64,000 nucleotides of DNA from Anaerolineales bacterium (GCA_020059485.1 JAGVCA010000019.1:24894-88893), one strand, 5' to 3'. Shown: positions 36,577 through 46,176, counted from the stretch's first letter. Made by a program: numbers and translations. Notes: generated from the letters alone by a model not told the origin.

Positions 36577-38832
36577 ATGACCACTTCAAACCTGATCTAC
36601 CTGCCGCAGCGAGAAGAAGGTCCGCCGGCGGTACTCGCACAGTTCCTGCCGCGCCTGCCGTATGGCGTGGCGTCAGACTGGCTTGCCAACACCTTACCGC
36701 AGCGCGGCCAATGGATCGTCGACCCCTTTGGGGCCAGCCCCCAGCTGGCGCTGGATGCTGCCCGGGCCGGTTACCGCGTGCTGCTGATCTCCAACAACCC
36801 GATCACCCGGTTCGTGCTCGATCTGCTCGCCAACCCGCCTTCCAGCCAGGCCATGCAGGCCGCCCTGGCCGACCTGGCCACCGCCAAACGCGGTCAGGAC
36901 AGGATGGAACAGCATATCCGGGATCTGTACACCACCACCTGCAGCCACTGCAGCGCCCAGGTCGATGCGCAGTATTTCCTGTGGACCAGCGAAACGCTCC
37001 TGCCCTACGCCCGGGTGTACGCCTGCCCCAACTGCCATCAGGCCGGTGAATTCCCGGTCACAGACGAGGATCTTCACAAAGCCAATCGCTTCAGCCATAA
37101 CCCGCAGCAGCAGGCCCGCGCCTTGCAGCGGGTCGCTTCCAGAGATGACCCCAACCGCTTCCATGCCGAAGAAGCCCTGGATGCTCACCTGCCGCGCGCC
37201 ATTTACGCCCTGATCACGATGATCAATAAACTGGACGGGATCGACCTGGAAGCCCAGGAAACCAAATACCTGCAGGCCTTGCTGCTGGCAGCCTGCGATA
37301 AAGGCAACAACCTGTGGCGGATCCCCTCGGAATACACCCGGCCGCGCCAGTTGATCACCCCGCCGCGCTTCATCGAACACAACCTGTGGCTGGCGCTGGA
37401 AGATGCGGTCGGGATCTGGGCCAGTGGCGAGGAACCGGTCCCATTAACGGATTGGCCGGAAAGCCCGCCGGAGTCTGGCGGGATCTGCCTCTACCAGGGC
37501 TCGCTGAAAGCGCTGGCCAGCCGGCTCGATACCATTCCGGTCGGTGCGGTGATCTCCGCGCTGCCGCGTCCCAACCAGGCTTTCTGGACGCTTTCCGCGC
37601 TGTGGGCCGGCTGGCTGTGGGGTCGGGATGCGATCGGCCCATTCGCCAGAGTGCTGCAGCGCCGCCGTTATGACTGGGGCTGGCATACCGCCGCCTTGAC
37701 CCGCACATTGCACCAGCTTGCCAGGATCCTGCCAGCCCGCACACCGTTCTTTGGGATGGTGACCGAAAACGAGGCTGGATTCGATGCGGCCGCGCTGGCC
37801 GCCGCCGATCTGTGCGGCTTTGTGCTGGAGGGGATCACGCTGCGGCAGAAGGAAAGGCAGACCCAGCTGGTCTGGCGGAAGGCGGAAAAGCTGCCGGAAA
37901 GCGGACAGGGATCAGCCCAGGCAGCCGCCAGCCAGGCAGTCGAGGCCTTGATCGCAGCGCGCGGCGAACCGACGCCGTACCTGCACCTGCAAGCGGCTGC
38001 CCTGTATGCCCTCAGCCAGAAGAACTTGATGAAAGCGCCGGGTGAACCTGCGGAGAAAAGCCCAGCCAGCCAGGCAGCCGGCACTTACACCCATATCCGC
38101 CAGTTGATGGTTGACCTGCTGGCCCCGACCGGCCGCTTGGTACGCTACCAGGGCGGCAAAAGTTCGATCGAGATCGGGAAATGGTGGCCTAAAAACCCGG
38201 CCGGTGGGACACCAGCCCTGGCGGACCAGGTCGAAACGGCCATCGTTCAGCAATTGCAGAATGCTGGCGAGACCGGCTACTTTGAACTCGACAGCCTGTT
38301 GTGTGCCCAGTTCCCCGGCCTGCTGACCCCCGACCAGCCGCTGGTCTCCACGATCCTGACTTCCTATGCCGAAAAACGGGGGGATGGCCGGTATTTTCTG
38401 AAGGAGAACGACAGCACCGCCAAACGGCGCACGGACATTGCCGAGATCGCTGGGCTGTTGGTGGAGCTCGGCCAGCGGATGGGATACCAGGTCCGGCAGG
38501 GAAATGAGATCGTCTGGCAGCAGGCGCAGGGCAGAACCGACCTGGTATTCTACCTGATCGCTTCGGCCAACCTCGGGCGGATCCTGGATGGTGCCAAACA
38601 TCCGCCCGAACAAGGCATCATCGTGCTGCCCGGCGGCCGGGCGGAGGTGGTGCTATTCAAGCGGGAGCGCGACCCGCGCCTGGACCAACGCTTGAAAGAT
38701 GGGTGGCGATTCCTGAAATACCGCCATGTGCGCCGGATGGCCGCCAGTAGTACCCTAAGCCCGGACAACATGGCCAGTTATCTGACCCTGGACCCGCTCA
38801 CTCAAGACGCTACTCAGATACCCTTGTTCTGA
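36577..38832 (+). CDS. Large hypothetical protein with an N-terminal methyltransferase-like motif plus a CxxC...CxxC zinc ribbon
   Basis: 751 aa. VDPFGASPQLALDAARAGYRVLLISNNP resembles DNA-methylase motif I (DPFxGSG). Cys residues are C122/C125 and C150/C153. No DPPY-type catalytic motif was seen. Confidence 0.6.
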   Translation: MTTSNLIYLPQREEGPPAVLAQFLPRLPYGVASDWLANTLPQRGQWIVDPFGASPQLALDAARAGYRVLLISNNPITRFVLDLLANPPSSQAMQAALADLATAKRGQDRMEQHIRDLYTTTCSHCSAQVDAQYFLWTSETLLPYARVYACPNCHQAGEFPVTDEDLHKANRFSHNPQQQARALQRVASRDDPNRFHAEEALDAHLPRAIYALITMINKLDGIDLEAQETKYLQALLLAACDKGNNLWRIPSEYTRPRQLITPPRFIEHNLWLALEDAVGIWASGEEPVPLTDWPESPPESGGICLYQGSLKALASRLDTIPVGAVISALPRPNQAFWTLSALWAGWLWGRDAIGPFARVLQRRRYDWGWHTAALTRTLHQLARILPARTPFFGMVTENEAGFDAAALAAADLCGFVLEGITLRQKERQTQLVWRKAEKLPESGQGSAQAAASQAVEALIAARGEPTPYLHLQAAALYALSQKNLMKAPGEPAEKSPASQAAGTYTHIRQLMVDLLAPTGRLVRYQGGKSSIEIGKWWPKNPAGGTPALADQVETAIVQQLQNAGETGYFELDSLLCAQFPGLLTPDQPLVSTILTSYAEKRGDGRYFLKENDSTAKRRTDIAEIAGLLVELGQRMGYQVRQGNEIVWQQAQGRTDLVFYLIASANLGRILDGAKHPPEQGIIVLPGGRAEVVLFKRERDPRLDQRLKDGWRFLKYRHVRRMAASSTLSPDNMASYLTLDPLTQDATQIPLF

Positions 38833-38845
38833 TCGAGTATCTTCG

Positions 38846-38873
38846 TTGCTTTTCCACAAAATATTGTTATAAT
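38846..38873 (+). promoter_or_regulatory. Sigma70-type promoter of the beta-helix/sortase gene
   Basis: TTGCTT (38846-38851), 16 nt, TATAAT (38868-38873), in an AT-rich spacer. Confidence 0.65.
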
Positions 38874-38955
38874 ATTCACAACATCTTACATTAACGTTGT
38901 ATCTTTCGCTGCAATCCTTACGGGTGGTTTTGACTAAAATAAGGAGAAGAAAATA

Positions 38956-41403
38956 ATGAGGTCAATCCCGAAGAAAGCCATATCGATCCTCGCTTTGATT
39001 CTGCTTGCCTGCCTGACGTTCGCAACCAGCGTCAATGCTGCCACATTGTGCGTGGAACCCAGCGGCGCAGGCGGCTGCTACACCACCATCCAGGCTGCCA
39101 TCAATGCCGCCAGTGATGGCGACACGATCAGCGTTTTGGCCGGTAACTACGCCGAAAACGTGGTGATTGACCGGGCCGTGACCCTGTCGGGCGCAGGAAC
39201 TGCTAGCGCATTCATCCAACCAGCCACCGGGCCAGCCATTGCCCTGCGCTCACCATCCGGAACATTGACTGGTGTAACGATCAGTGGGTTTTACCTTAAA
39301 GGCAGCAATGGGATTCTGATCGATAAAAACTGGTGGGGCGGGGTTGAGGCACTCTCTATCCAGGATCTGACGATCAGCAACGTTTATCTCTTTAACAATA
39401 CTGCTCATGGATTGATCATCAATAATGGCGCTGTTGTCAACGGCCTCGAGATTGATCTATCCTATTTTTCTGGTAACACTCAAACTGGTATCTCGATCTC
39501 AAACAGTGCCACCAAAGTTTCAAATGTACAGATCAGCCGCTCCCTGATCACCAATAACAAACAGGTTGGTCTATATCTGCTCGGCCCGGAAATCAATAAC
39601 CTAACATTGAATGTTGTATCAATCGGCTCCAATGGTTATGAAGGCATTCTGATCGACAACGCCGCCAAGATCACTGATTTGGTTTTACAAAGCACCAATA
39701 TTTATGGTAGCGGTTCGATCACCGCCAGTCGCGGGATCGGGCTAGGAATCAGTTTAAGTGGCACTGCGGTGGATGGTTTGCAGATTATCGACAGCAATAT
39801 AAATAGCAACAATTACCACGGTATGTATATCGACAGGGCTGCACTCAGCACCTTCTCCATCCTGAACTCCTCCATCCGCGACAATGCATGGGAAGGCATC
39901 CATATCCGGGGCAGCGCCAACCTGACCAATTTTACATTTGCTGGTGGCGAGATAATCACCAATAGCGGCTTTGGTTTCCTGGTACGACCGGGGACTGGCG
40001 GAACGCCTATTATCACCAACCTGGTCATTGATGATGTTGAGATCTCAGACAACAAGAACTCAGGCCTAGCCCTGATCGGCACATTGAACGGGTCAAATAT
40101 CATCCGCAACAGCAGCTTTGGCAATAATGCTTGGGAAGACTTGGATATCGGCGTCGGCTGGATTGGCACAACCACGATCAACGACAGTCTGCTGGTCAGC
40201 GGCAACACATTTTACGGTACCACCTCCTGGACCGGTGCCTATGTTGATGCGGCTGTCAGCGGAGTGGCAAATCTATTCATCACCCAAAACTGCTTTAACC
40301 GCACCGGTTGGGGATTGTTCAACTCGAATGTCGGACAGGTAAATGCCGTGTATAACTGGTGGAATTCGGTTGACGGCCCCAACACCACCGGCACGCTGGT
40401 TGGCGGACCGGTAACCTTTACACCGTGGAGTACATCTAGCGGGGTGTGCAGTTCTCCGGTGATCCTTTACGATCTGATCACCGAGCCAGCAGATGGCGCT
40501 GTACTGGCCAGTGGTCCAACCCAGATCACGATCGAATTCAACAAAGATGTCATCAGCGATGGATCTTTAGATGCAGCGGATAATGTCGTCAATTACCTGC
40601 TGGTCGAAGCAGGCGCCAACGGTACTTTTGACACCATCGAGTGCGCCGGTGGCCTGATTGCGGATGACACCCAATTGAGTGTAGACAACGCCGCCTATGA
40701 CAACAACGGCCTCGCCGGGCCATACGTTTCCACCCTCGACATCAACGGCGGAATCCCGCTACCTGCTGGCGATTACCGCTTGTATGTATGTGGCAGCACC
40801 TCGATTCTCGACCTGGCCAACAACCCGCTGAACAATGGCATTGACATGGATCTGAATTTTACTGTATTGCCAGTGGCAGCCTCCTCCACTCTGCCAGCCA
40901 CCGGCTTCCCGCAGGGCCTCGTGACTGCCCTCCCGGCTCAGTCGGATGAGAAAGCCTACGAAGCCTCGGAGATGATCCTTGAGATCCCGGCGCTTGATGT
41001 CGAAGCCGCAATTGTCGGTGTTCCGCAATCCGCTGAGGGCTGGGACACCACCTGGCTCGGCCAGAATGCCGGCTACCTGTACGGCTCCGCCTTCCCCACT
41101 TGGGCGGGCAACACCGTCATCACCGGCCACGTCTGGGATAACAACAACCATCCAGGACCCTTCGCCAACCTGAAAAATCTAAAATACGGCGACCAGATCG
41201 AGATCCTTGCCTTTGGTCAGATCTATACCTATGAGGTGCGCGATAGTAACCTGGTCAGTATCCGGAACACCGCAAAGGTTTTCCAACATGAAGACTATGA
41301 CTGGCTGACCCTGATGACCTGCGAGTTCTACAACCCGCTCACCCAGAACTATATGTTCCGCCGGGTGGTGCGTGCTGTACTCATAGAGGTCACCCAGCAA
41401 TAA
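38956..41403 (+). CDS. Secreted right-handed beta-helix (PbH1/NosD-like) protein with an Ig-like domain, an internal LPATG motif and a C-terminal sortase domain
   Basis: Signal peptide ending VNA-A, followed by many beta-helix repeats. LPATG lies at nt 40891-40905. Sortase motifs are LEIPALDV, TVITGH (His at 41128-41130), LTLMTC (Cys at 41320-41322) and RRVVRA. Confidence 0.85.
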   Translation: MRSIPKKAISILALILLACLTFATSVNAATLCVEPSGAGGCYTTIQAAINAASDGDTISVLAGNYAENVVIDRAVTLSGAGTASAFIQPATGPAIALRSPSGTLTGVTISGFYLKGSNGILIDKNWWGGVEALSIQDLTISNVYLFNNTAHGLIINNGAVVNGLEIDLSYFSGNTQTGISISNSATKVSNVQISRSLITNNKQVGLYLLGPEINNLTLNVVSIGSNGYEGILIDNAAKITDLVLQSTNIYGSGSITASRGIGLGISLSGTAVDGLQIIDSNINSNNYHGMYIDRAALSTFSILNSSIRDNAWEGIHIRGSANLTNFTFAGGEIITNSGFGFLVRPGTGGTPIITNLVIDDVEISDNKNSGLALIGTLNGSNIIRNSSFGNNAWEDLDIGVGWIGTTTINDSLLVSGNTFYGTTSWTGAYVDAAVSGVANLFITQNCFNRTGWGLFNSNVGQVNAVYNWWNSVDGPNTTGTLVGGPVTFTPWSTSSGVCSSPVILYDLITEPADGAVLASGPTQITIEFNKDVISDGSLDAADNVVNYLLVEAGANGTFDTIECAGGLIADDTQLSVDNAAYDNNGLAGPYVSTLDINGGIPLPAGDYRLYVCGSTSILDLANNPLNNGIDMDLNFTVLPVAASSTLPATGFPQGLVTALPAQSDEKAYEASEMILEIPALDVEAAIVGVPQSAEGWDTTWLGQNAGYLYGSAFPTWAGNTVITGHVWDNNNHPGPFANLKNLKYGDQIEILAFGQIYTYEVRDSNLVSIRNTAKVFQHEDYDWLTLMTCEFYNPLTQNYMFRRVVRAVLIEVTQQ

Positions 41404-41426
41404 GCAGTGATACCCCACTATCCAAA

Positions 41427-41456
41427 AGCGTCCTGTTTGACAGGACGCTTTTTTTC
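41427..41456. terminator. Bidirectional intrinsic terminator
   Basis: AGCGTCCTGT-ttg-ACAGGACGCT, followed by TTTTTT on the plus strand and preceded by AAAA, between convergent genes. Confidence 0.8.
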
Positions 41457-41476
41457 TTCTCTTATTTCGATTGCGG

Positions 41477-42709
41477 TTAGTTTTCGCGGATTTGCAGCAC
41501 CAGATCATGCGGATACTCAGCCACGACCTCGATCCGCCCGTCGGGATGGATGAAGACGGTATCCTCGATCCTCACACCCATGCCTGATCCCGGATAATAC
41601 AAACCAGGCTCGATCGTGACCACCACACCAGGTTTCAGCATCACTTCGGGTGGGCGGGCAAATGGCGGCTCATGGATATCCAGACCCAGGCCGTGACCGA
41701 TGGAATGTACATACCCCTCCTCGATCAGTGGGTCCTGGCGGATAGTGGCATGTCCCTGCTCCTCAAACAATTCACACGTGCGTTCCTGCAAGGCAGAGAA
41801 CGACATCCCGGCTTCGATCTCTTCGTTCATTAGGCGGTCGAACACCTGGCGGACATCGTCGTACAGTTTTTGATCCTTTTCCGGGGCAAAGCCCAGACAC
41901 CAGGTGCGGGTGAAATCATAATGATAACCGCCGCCCGGCTGCTGCAGGAAGATATCGAACACGATCGTCTTCCCGAGCGCCAGCACATCCTCCGGGTTGC
42001 CGGTACTGTGCGGCACGCCGGCATCGCGGCCGATCGCAAAAATGACCCCGTGCGGGTTCTCCACCCCGCGCTCGATCGCCCACAGATCGATCTTGCGCTT
42101 GACCTCCCCGATCGTCAGAGGCTGGCCGTCATCTTTGACCAGCACCCCATCCCGCACCTTGTGGGACTGCAGAAAAGCCGCGGTTTTGCCGACGATCTCA
42201 ACCGTGATCGCGCCCATCTGGCGGATTTGCTCAAGTTCCTGCTCGTCTTTGGTCTCGCGGGCCTGCAGCAGCACCGGGTCTTTCATCTCGCCGACGATCT
42301 CGATCTCCGGCATCAATGCCTGCAGGGCCTTGAAGACCTCATAGCTGCGGGCCGCATCCTGCAGACCGTAGATCGACACCCGCCCGGCGGTCAGGCCGAG
42401 ATCGGTGAACATCTTCTGGTAGCGCAGGGCTGTCGCCTGGGCATGGTCATTGCCTGCCTGCTTCAATAGATCCTGATAGCGGTACTCGGCCAGGTTGCGG
42501 GTCTGCAGACCGGTCCGGGCGGCTTCCTCGCGTTCCATCGGGTTGCAAAACAGCACTGGCTCCTGCCCGCGCAGCTTGACCAGATCGCCATAACCTACAT
42601 GTACATTGCCGGTGAAGTAGAACATGGCCGGGTTGCGGGTGGCCGGGCCGCTGACCAGCAGCGCATCCAGGTTGGCGGATTCCATCAAAGCATCAAGGTC
42701 TTGTTTCAT
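41477..42709 (-). CDS. M24-family Xaa-Pro dipeptidase/aminopeptidase (second copy)
   Basis: 410 aa. HSIGHGLGLDIHEPP, TIEPGLY, RIED. Creatinase/prolidase-like N-terminal domain. Confidence 0.88.
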   Translation of the reverse strand: MKQDLDALMESANLDALLVSGPATRNPAMFYFTGNVHVGYGDLVKLRGQEPVLFCNPMEREEAARTGLQTRNLAEYRYQDLLKQAGNDHAQATALRYQKMFTDLGLTAGRVSIYGLQDAARSYEVFKALQALMPEIEIVGEMKDPVLLQARETKDEQELEQIRQMGAITVEIVGKTAAFLQSHKVRDGVLVKDDGQPLTIGEVKRKIDLWAIERGVENPHGVIFAIGRDAGVPHSTGNPEDVLALGKTIVFDIFLQQPGGGYHYDFTRTWCLGFAPEKDQKLYDDVRQVFDRLMNEEIEAGMSFSALQERTCELFEEQGHATIRQDPLIEEGYVHSIGHGLGLDIHEPPFARPPEVMLKPGVVVTIEPGLYYPGSGMGVRIEDTVFIHPDGRIEVVAEYPHDLVLQIREN

Positions 42710-42785
42710 GGGTCTGTTCCTGTATAGGTGAGTTAAGTGAATGGATTATACCTTAGCCAGCGGGAGAGAAACCAGGATGAAATCA

Positions 42786-42811
42786 CAGATACACCCAGAT
42801 AAACACAGATA
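42786..42811. repeat. Three CAGATA hexamers phased at exactly 10 bp
   Basis: CAGATA at 42786, 42796 and 42806. They lie just upstream of a TATAAT box (minus strand, 42745-42750) of the M24 peptidase gene. Confidence 0.6.
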
Positions 42812-42959
42812 GAGACAACTACTTCTTAGGGTCTGTCGGCCGAACAATCAGAGGAAATAACCAGCGGGGGTGGATCATGAAATATTTAAAAGGAAAACTC
42901 AAGAAATTTGGCAACATTCTCCCCCATCCGTGTCCATCTGTGGTTAGATCAGGGTTTTC

Positions 42960-44333
42960 TTACACCAGGGCGTTCTGCAGTTCAACCAGCAGCGCGCCCT
43001 CCTGTTGTATCAACACGGTGCGTGGGTCCAGCAGCACCCGGTCGTCCTCCACCCGGGCGATCACCGGCGGATGTGACCGGCGCAGCAGCGCCAGAAATTG
43101 GTCGGGGTTTTTGATCTCTAACGCAACCAGCCAGGTCGGCAGACGCTCCCCGGGCAGCGACCCACCGCCGACCGCCGATTCGCCCTGCACCAGCGTCCCG
43201 GTTTTCAGCACCCGCATCCAATGGCGGGCGCGCTCCTCGATCAGGTCGAGGTCCATCGATATCATTTGCCAGATCGGGATCTTCTTCTCAGCCTCACCTT
43301 TGAGATAATGCAACAAGGTCGCTGCCAGACCGGCCAGAGCCAATTTGTCCGCCCGCACCGCCCGGGCGATCGGGTGCTGGCGCATCTTGTCGATCAGATC
43401 CTTGCGCCCAACGATCACGCCGCCCTGCGGGCCGCCCAGAAGTTTATCGCCGGAGAAACAAACCACATTCGCTCCTGCAGCCAGCGATTCCATCACCGTC
43501 ATTTCATGCGCCAGGCCGTATTGCGCGGTATCCAGCAGCGCTCCGGAGCCGAGGTCGTCCACCAGCGGGATATCCGCCTGATGTGCGACCTTCACGATCT
43601 CCTCCAGCGTCGGCTCGGAAGTAAATCCGACCAGCTGAAAATTCGAACGGTGCGCTCGCAGCACCAGCTTGATCGGCAGTTCCTCGATCGCCTGCTGGTA
43701 ATCCCGCAGGTGCACCCGGTTGGTGGTCCCGATCTCCTCAAGGATCGCCCCGGACTGCGCCATCACCTCCGGGATGCGAAATCCGCCGCCGATCTCGATC
43801 AACTGCGTGCGCGAGACCAGGGTGCGCCGTTTGTTGGAGAGCGCCGCCAGGATCAGCATCAGGGCCGAAGCGCAGTTATTCACCACCAGACCGGCCTCTG
43901 CCCCAGTCACCCGCACCAGCAAGTCCTCTGCGTGCAGATAGCGCGAGCTGCGCTTGCCACTCTCCAGGTCAAATTCCAGGGTGGAATACCCTTGGGCGGC
44001 CTTCTGGATTGCGCTAATCGTCTCCGCACTGAGGGGGGAACGGCCGAGATTGGTATGCAGGATCACCCCGGTGGCATTGATCACCGGTTCCAGGGTCGGG
44101 CGGGTCCATGCTTGCAGCAGCAGTTGAACATCCTGCAGGATGATCTCCGGCAGCGGGATGGTGCTGCCCTCTCTGCCGACTTTGCGGCGGACATCCCCAG
44201 TCACCTCCCGGATGGCAGCCACCACCAGGTCGTGGCCGTAGTCGTTTTCCAGCTGGGCACCGTCCACCGTCCGCAGCAGGGCATCCACCGAGGGTAATTT
44301 TTTCAGGGCGGACTTGCTCTTGGGATCAGGCAT
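42960..44333 (-). CDS. selA: L-seryl-tRNA(Sec) selenium transferase
   Basis: 457 aa. LPSVDALL, NATGVILHTNLGRSPL, VNNCASAL and the PLP-lysine motif SGDKLLGGPQGG. Confidence 0.92.
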   Translation of the reverse strand: MPDPKSKSALKKLPSVDALLRTVDGAQLENDYGHDLVVAAIREVTGDVRRKVGREGSTIPLPEIILQDVQLLLQAWTRPTLEPVINATGVILHTNLGRSPLSAETISAIQKAAQGYSTLEFDLESGKRSSRYLHAEDLLVRVTGAEAGLVVNNCASALMLILAALSNKRRTLVSRTQLIEIGGGFRIPEVMAQSGAILEEIGTTNRVHLRDYQQAIEELPIKLVLRAHRSNFQLVGFTSEPTLEEIVKVAHQADIPLVDDLGSGALLDTAQYGLAHEMTVMESLAAGANVVCFSGDKLLGGPQGGVIVGRKDLIDKMRQHPIARAVRADKLALAGLAATLLHYLKGEAEKKIPIWQMISMDLDLIEERARHWMRVLKTGTLVQGESAVGGGSLPGERLPTWLVALEIKNPDQFLALLRRSHPPVIARVEDDRVLLDPRTVLIQQEGALLVELQNALV

Positions 44334-44362
44334 CTAAACGGACTCCATCATCTCAGCCAAGG

Positions 44363-44764
44363 TCACGGCTTGCGCCAGAAACTGCGCTCGCGCAGCCGCA
44401 GGATAATCTCAAGCACGCTAATCCCGACCAACACCAGGACAGCCAGCCCGATATTGACCACTTGCCCGAAGCTCATCCACACCATTAGGGCGACATACAC
44501 GCCAGCCCACATCGACTGCCGGACGATCACCCGCTGCTCGGGCGGCGGCTGGGACGGAAATCGCTGGTACAGGTACACCACGGCCGGCATCGCCAGCCCG
44601 GTGAAGCCAACTACCACCATAAAGAAAAACAACCAGCGCGGCCAAATGGTCGGCTGGGTAATGTTGACGAGCAGGAACAGCCCGCCCCACCCCATAACCA
44701 GCAGGATGACGATCAGAGGCAGGTAGGCCCTTACATTCGGGGATTGCGGCATGCCAGTGTCCAT
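44363..44764 (-). CDS. Hypothetical 4-TM membrane protein
   Basis: The ATG at 44764 is preceded by GGAGA. The longer ORF (to 44860) would overlap the upstream gene. Confidence 0.55.
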   Translation of the reverse strand: MDTGMPQSPNVRAYLPLIVILLVMGWGGLFLLVNITQPTIWPRWLFFFMVVVGFTGLAMPAVVYLYQRFPSQPPPEQRVIVRQSMWAGVYVALMVWMSFGQVVNIGLAVLVLVGISVLEIILRLRERSFWRKP

Positions 44765-44847
44765 TTTTTCTCCAAAAGTGCTGTGGCTGTCATTATAAAC
44801 CAATTCCCCCCGCCAGACTGCGTCCCGATGGTACCGTTCAGCGCGGG

Positions 44848-46176
44848 CTAAACCAACCACAGTAACAACAGATCATTGAGATTGGTGCGAGTCGGCTCGG
44901 TCATCAGGCAATCGCCCAGCGCGGCGAAGAAAGGGTGGGAATCATTGCGCGTCAGATGGTCTGCCGGGTCCAGCCCCAGATCGGCCGCGCGTGCCAGAGT
45001 CTCGCCGGTGACCACCGCCCCGGCCGCCTCGGTTGGGCCGTCACCACCATCCGTCGCCAGGGAGACCAGAACCGCCCCCTCCACGCCATCCAGAAGCGGC
45101 ACCGCCGCCAGGGCAAGTTCCTGGTTCCGTCCCCCGATCCCATCACCGGTGACCGTGACCGTCGTCTCGCCGCCCGCCAGCCATAAATGCGGCCTTTCTG
45201 CTCCACTCTCCGCATAACCGCGCAGCAGCCGGCCATACCGCTCTCCAGCCAGCCGCGCCTCCCCCTGCAGCGGTTCGGGCAGCCATTCGGCTGTGATCCC
45301 CAAATGCCGGGCTGCCGCCAGCGCACCCTCGCCGGCCATGCGGTTGTTCCCGATCAGCAGGTTATCCACCACGGTTGGGGCGAAGGGCGGCGGCGGGCGG
45401 CGCAGCGCCGTCCGGATACCGTCCGGCAGTCCTTCATCTAGGCTATAGCGGGCCAATATCTCGACCGCGTCGGGACGCGGGACGGTGGACAGCACGGTCG
45501 GCCCGGATGCGATCCACTCGAGCGGGTCGCCGATCACATCCGAGAGGACCAGCCCGGCCACCGCTGCCGGAGCAGCCGCCCGGACCAGCCCACCGCCCTT
45601 GACCTCGTCCAACCAGACCCGCACGGCATTGATCTCGCCAATCTCCGCACCGCTACGCAGTAAGGCCGCCGTCAACGACTGCAGATCGGATAATGGCACC
45701 CCCGGCGCAGGCGCGCTCAGCAGCGCCGAGCCGCCGCCCGAGATCAAGGCGATCACCAGGTCCTCTGGCTGGGTGCGGGAAAGCAGCGCCAGCATCTCCG
45801 CGGTGGCCGCCAATCCCCGGTCGTCCGGCACCGGATGCGAGGCGGGCCGCACCTGGACCGGACCGATCACCTCTTCATCCCCGTAGCCATCCTTGACAAT
45901 CAACAGCCCACCGCTGACGCGCTCGCCCAGCCGGTCGACCACCGCCTCGGCCATCGGGACAACCGCCTTGCCGGCCCCGACCACCCAGATCCGGCCAAGC
46001 CGCCGCAGCGGATAGGTGCTGCTGCCGATGTGCAGTTGGTCTCCGTGCACTACAAGATGGCGGCAGATCGCCTGGTACGGGTCGGCGGCATCCAGAGCCG
46101 CTTCCAGCACGCGCAGGATCATCTCACCCTCAGGGTGGCAGCCCAGACTGGTCGTTTTCAGGTTAAAATCACTCAC
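44848..46176 (-). CDS. Glycerate 2-kinase / hydroxypyruvate-reductase-like (DUF4147-MOFRL family)
   Basis: 442 aa. VVGAGKAVVPMAEA and GGETTVTVTGDGIGGRNQELALAA. Confidence 0.85.
   Translation of the reverse strand: MSDFNLKTTSLGCHPEGEMILRVLEAALDAADPYQAICRHLVVHGDQLHIGSSTYPLRRLGRIWVVGAGKAVVPMAEAVVDRLGERVSGGLLIVKDGYGDEEVIGPVQVRPASHPVPDDRGLAATAEMLALLSRTQPEDLVIALISGGGSALLSAPAPGVPLSDLQSLTAALLRSGAEIGEINAVRVWLDEVKGGGLVRAAAPAAVAGLVLSDVIGDPLEWIASGPTVLSTVPRPDAVEILARYSLDEGLPDGIRTALRRPPPPFAPTVVDNLLIGNNRMAGEGALAAARHLGITAEWLPEPLQGEARLAGERYGRLLRGYAESGAERPHLWLAGGETTVTVTGDGIGGRNQELALAAVPLLDGVEGAVLVSLATDGGDGPTEAAGAVVTGETLARAADLGLDPADHLTRNDSHPFFAALGDCLMTEPTRTNLNDLLLLWLV

Noticed and set aside
40891-40905. LPATG as a conventional C-terminal cell-wall sorting signal.
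   Set aside because: It is not followed by a hydrophobic helix and basic tail. A soluble linker and a sortase domain follow instead. It is therefore reported as an unusual internal motif, not as a standard sorting signal.
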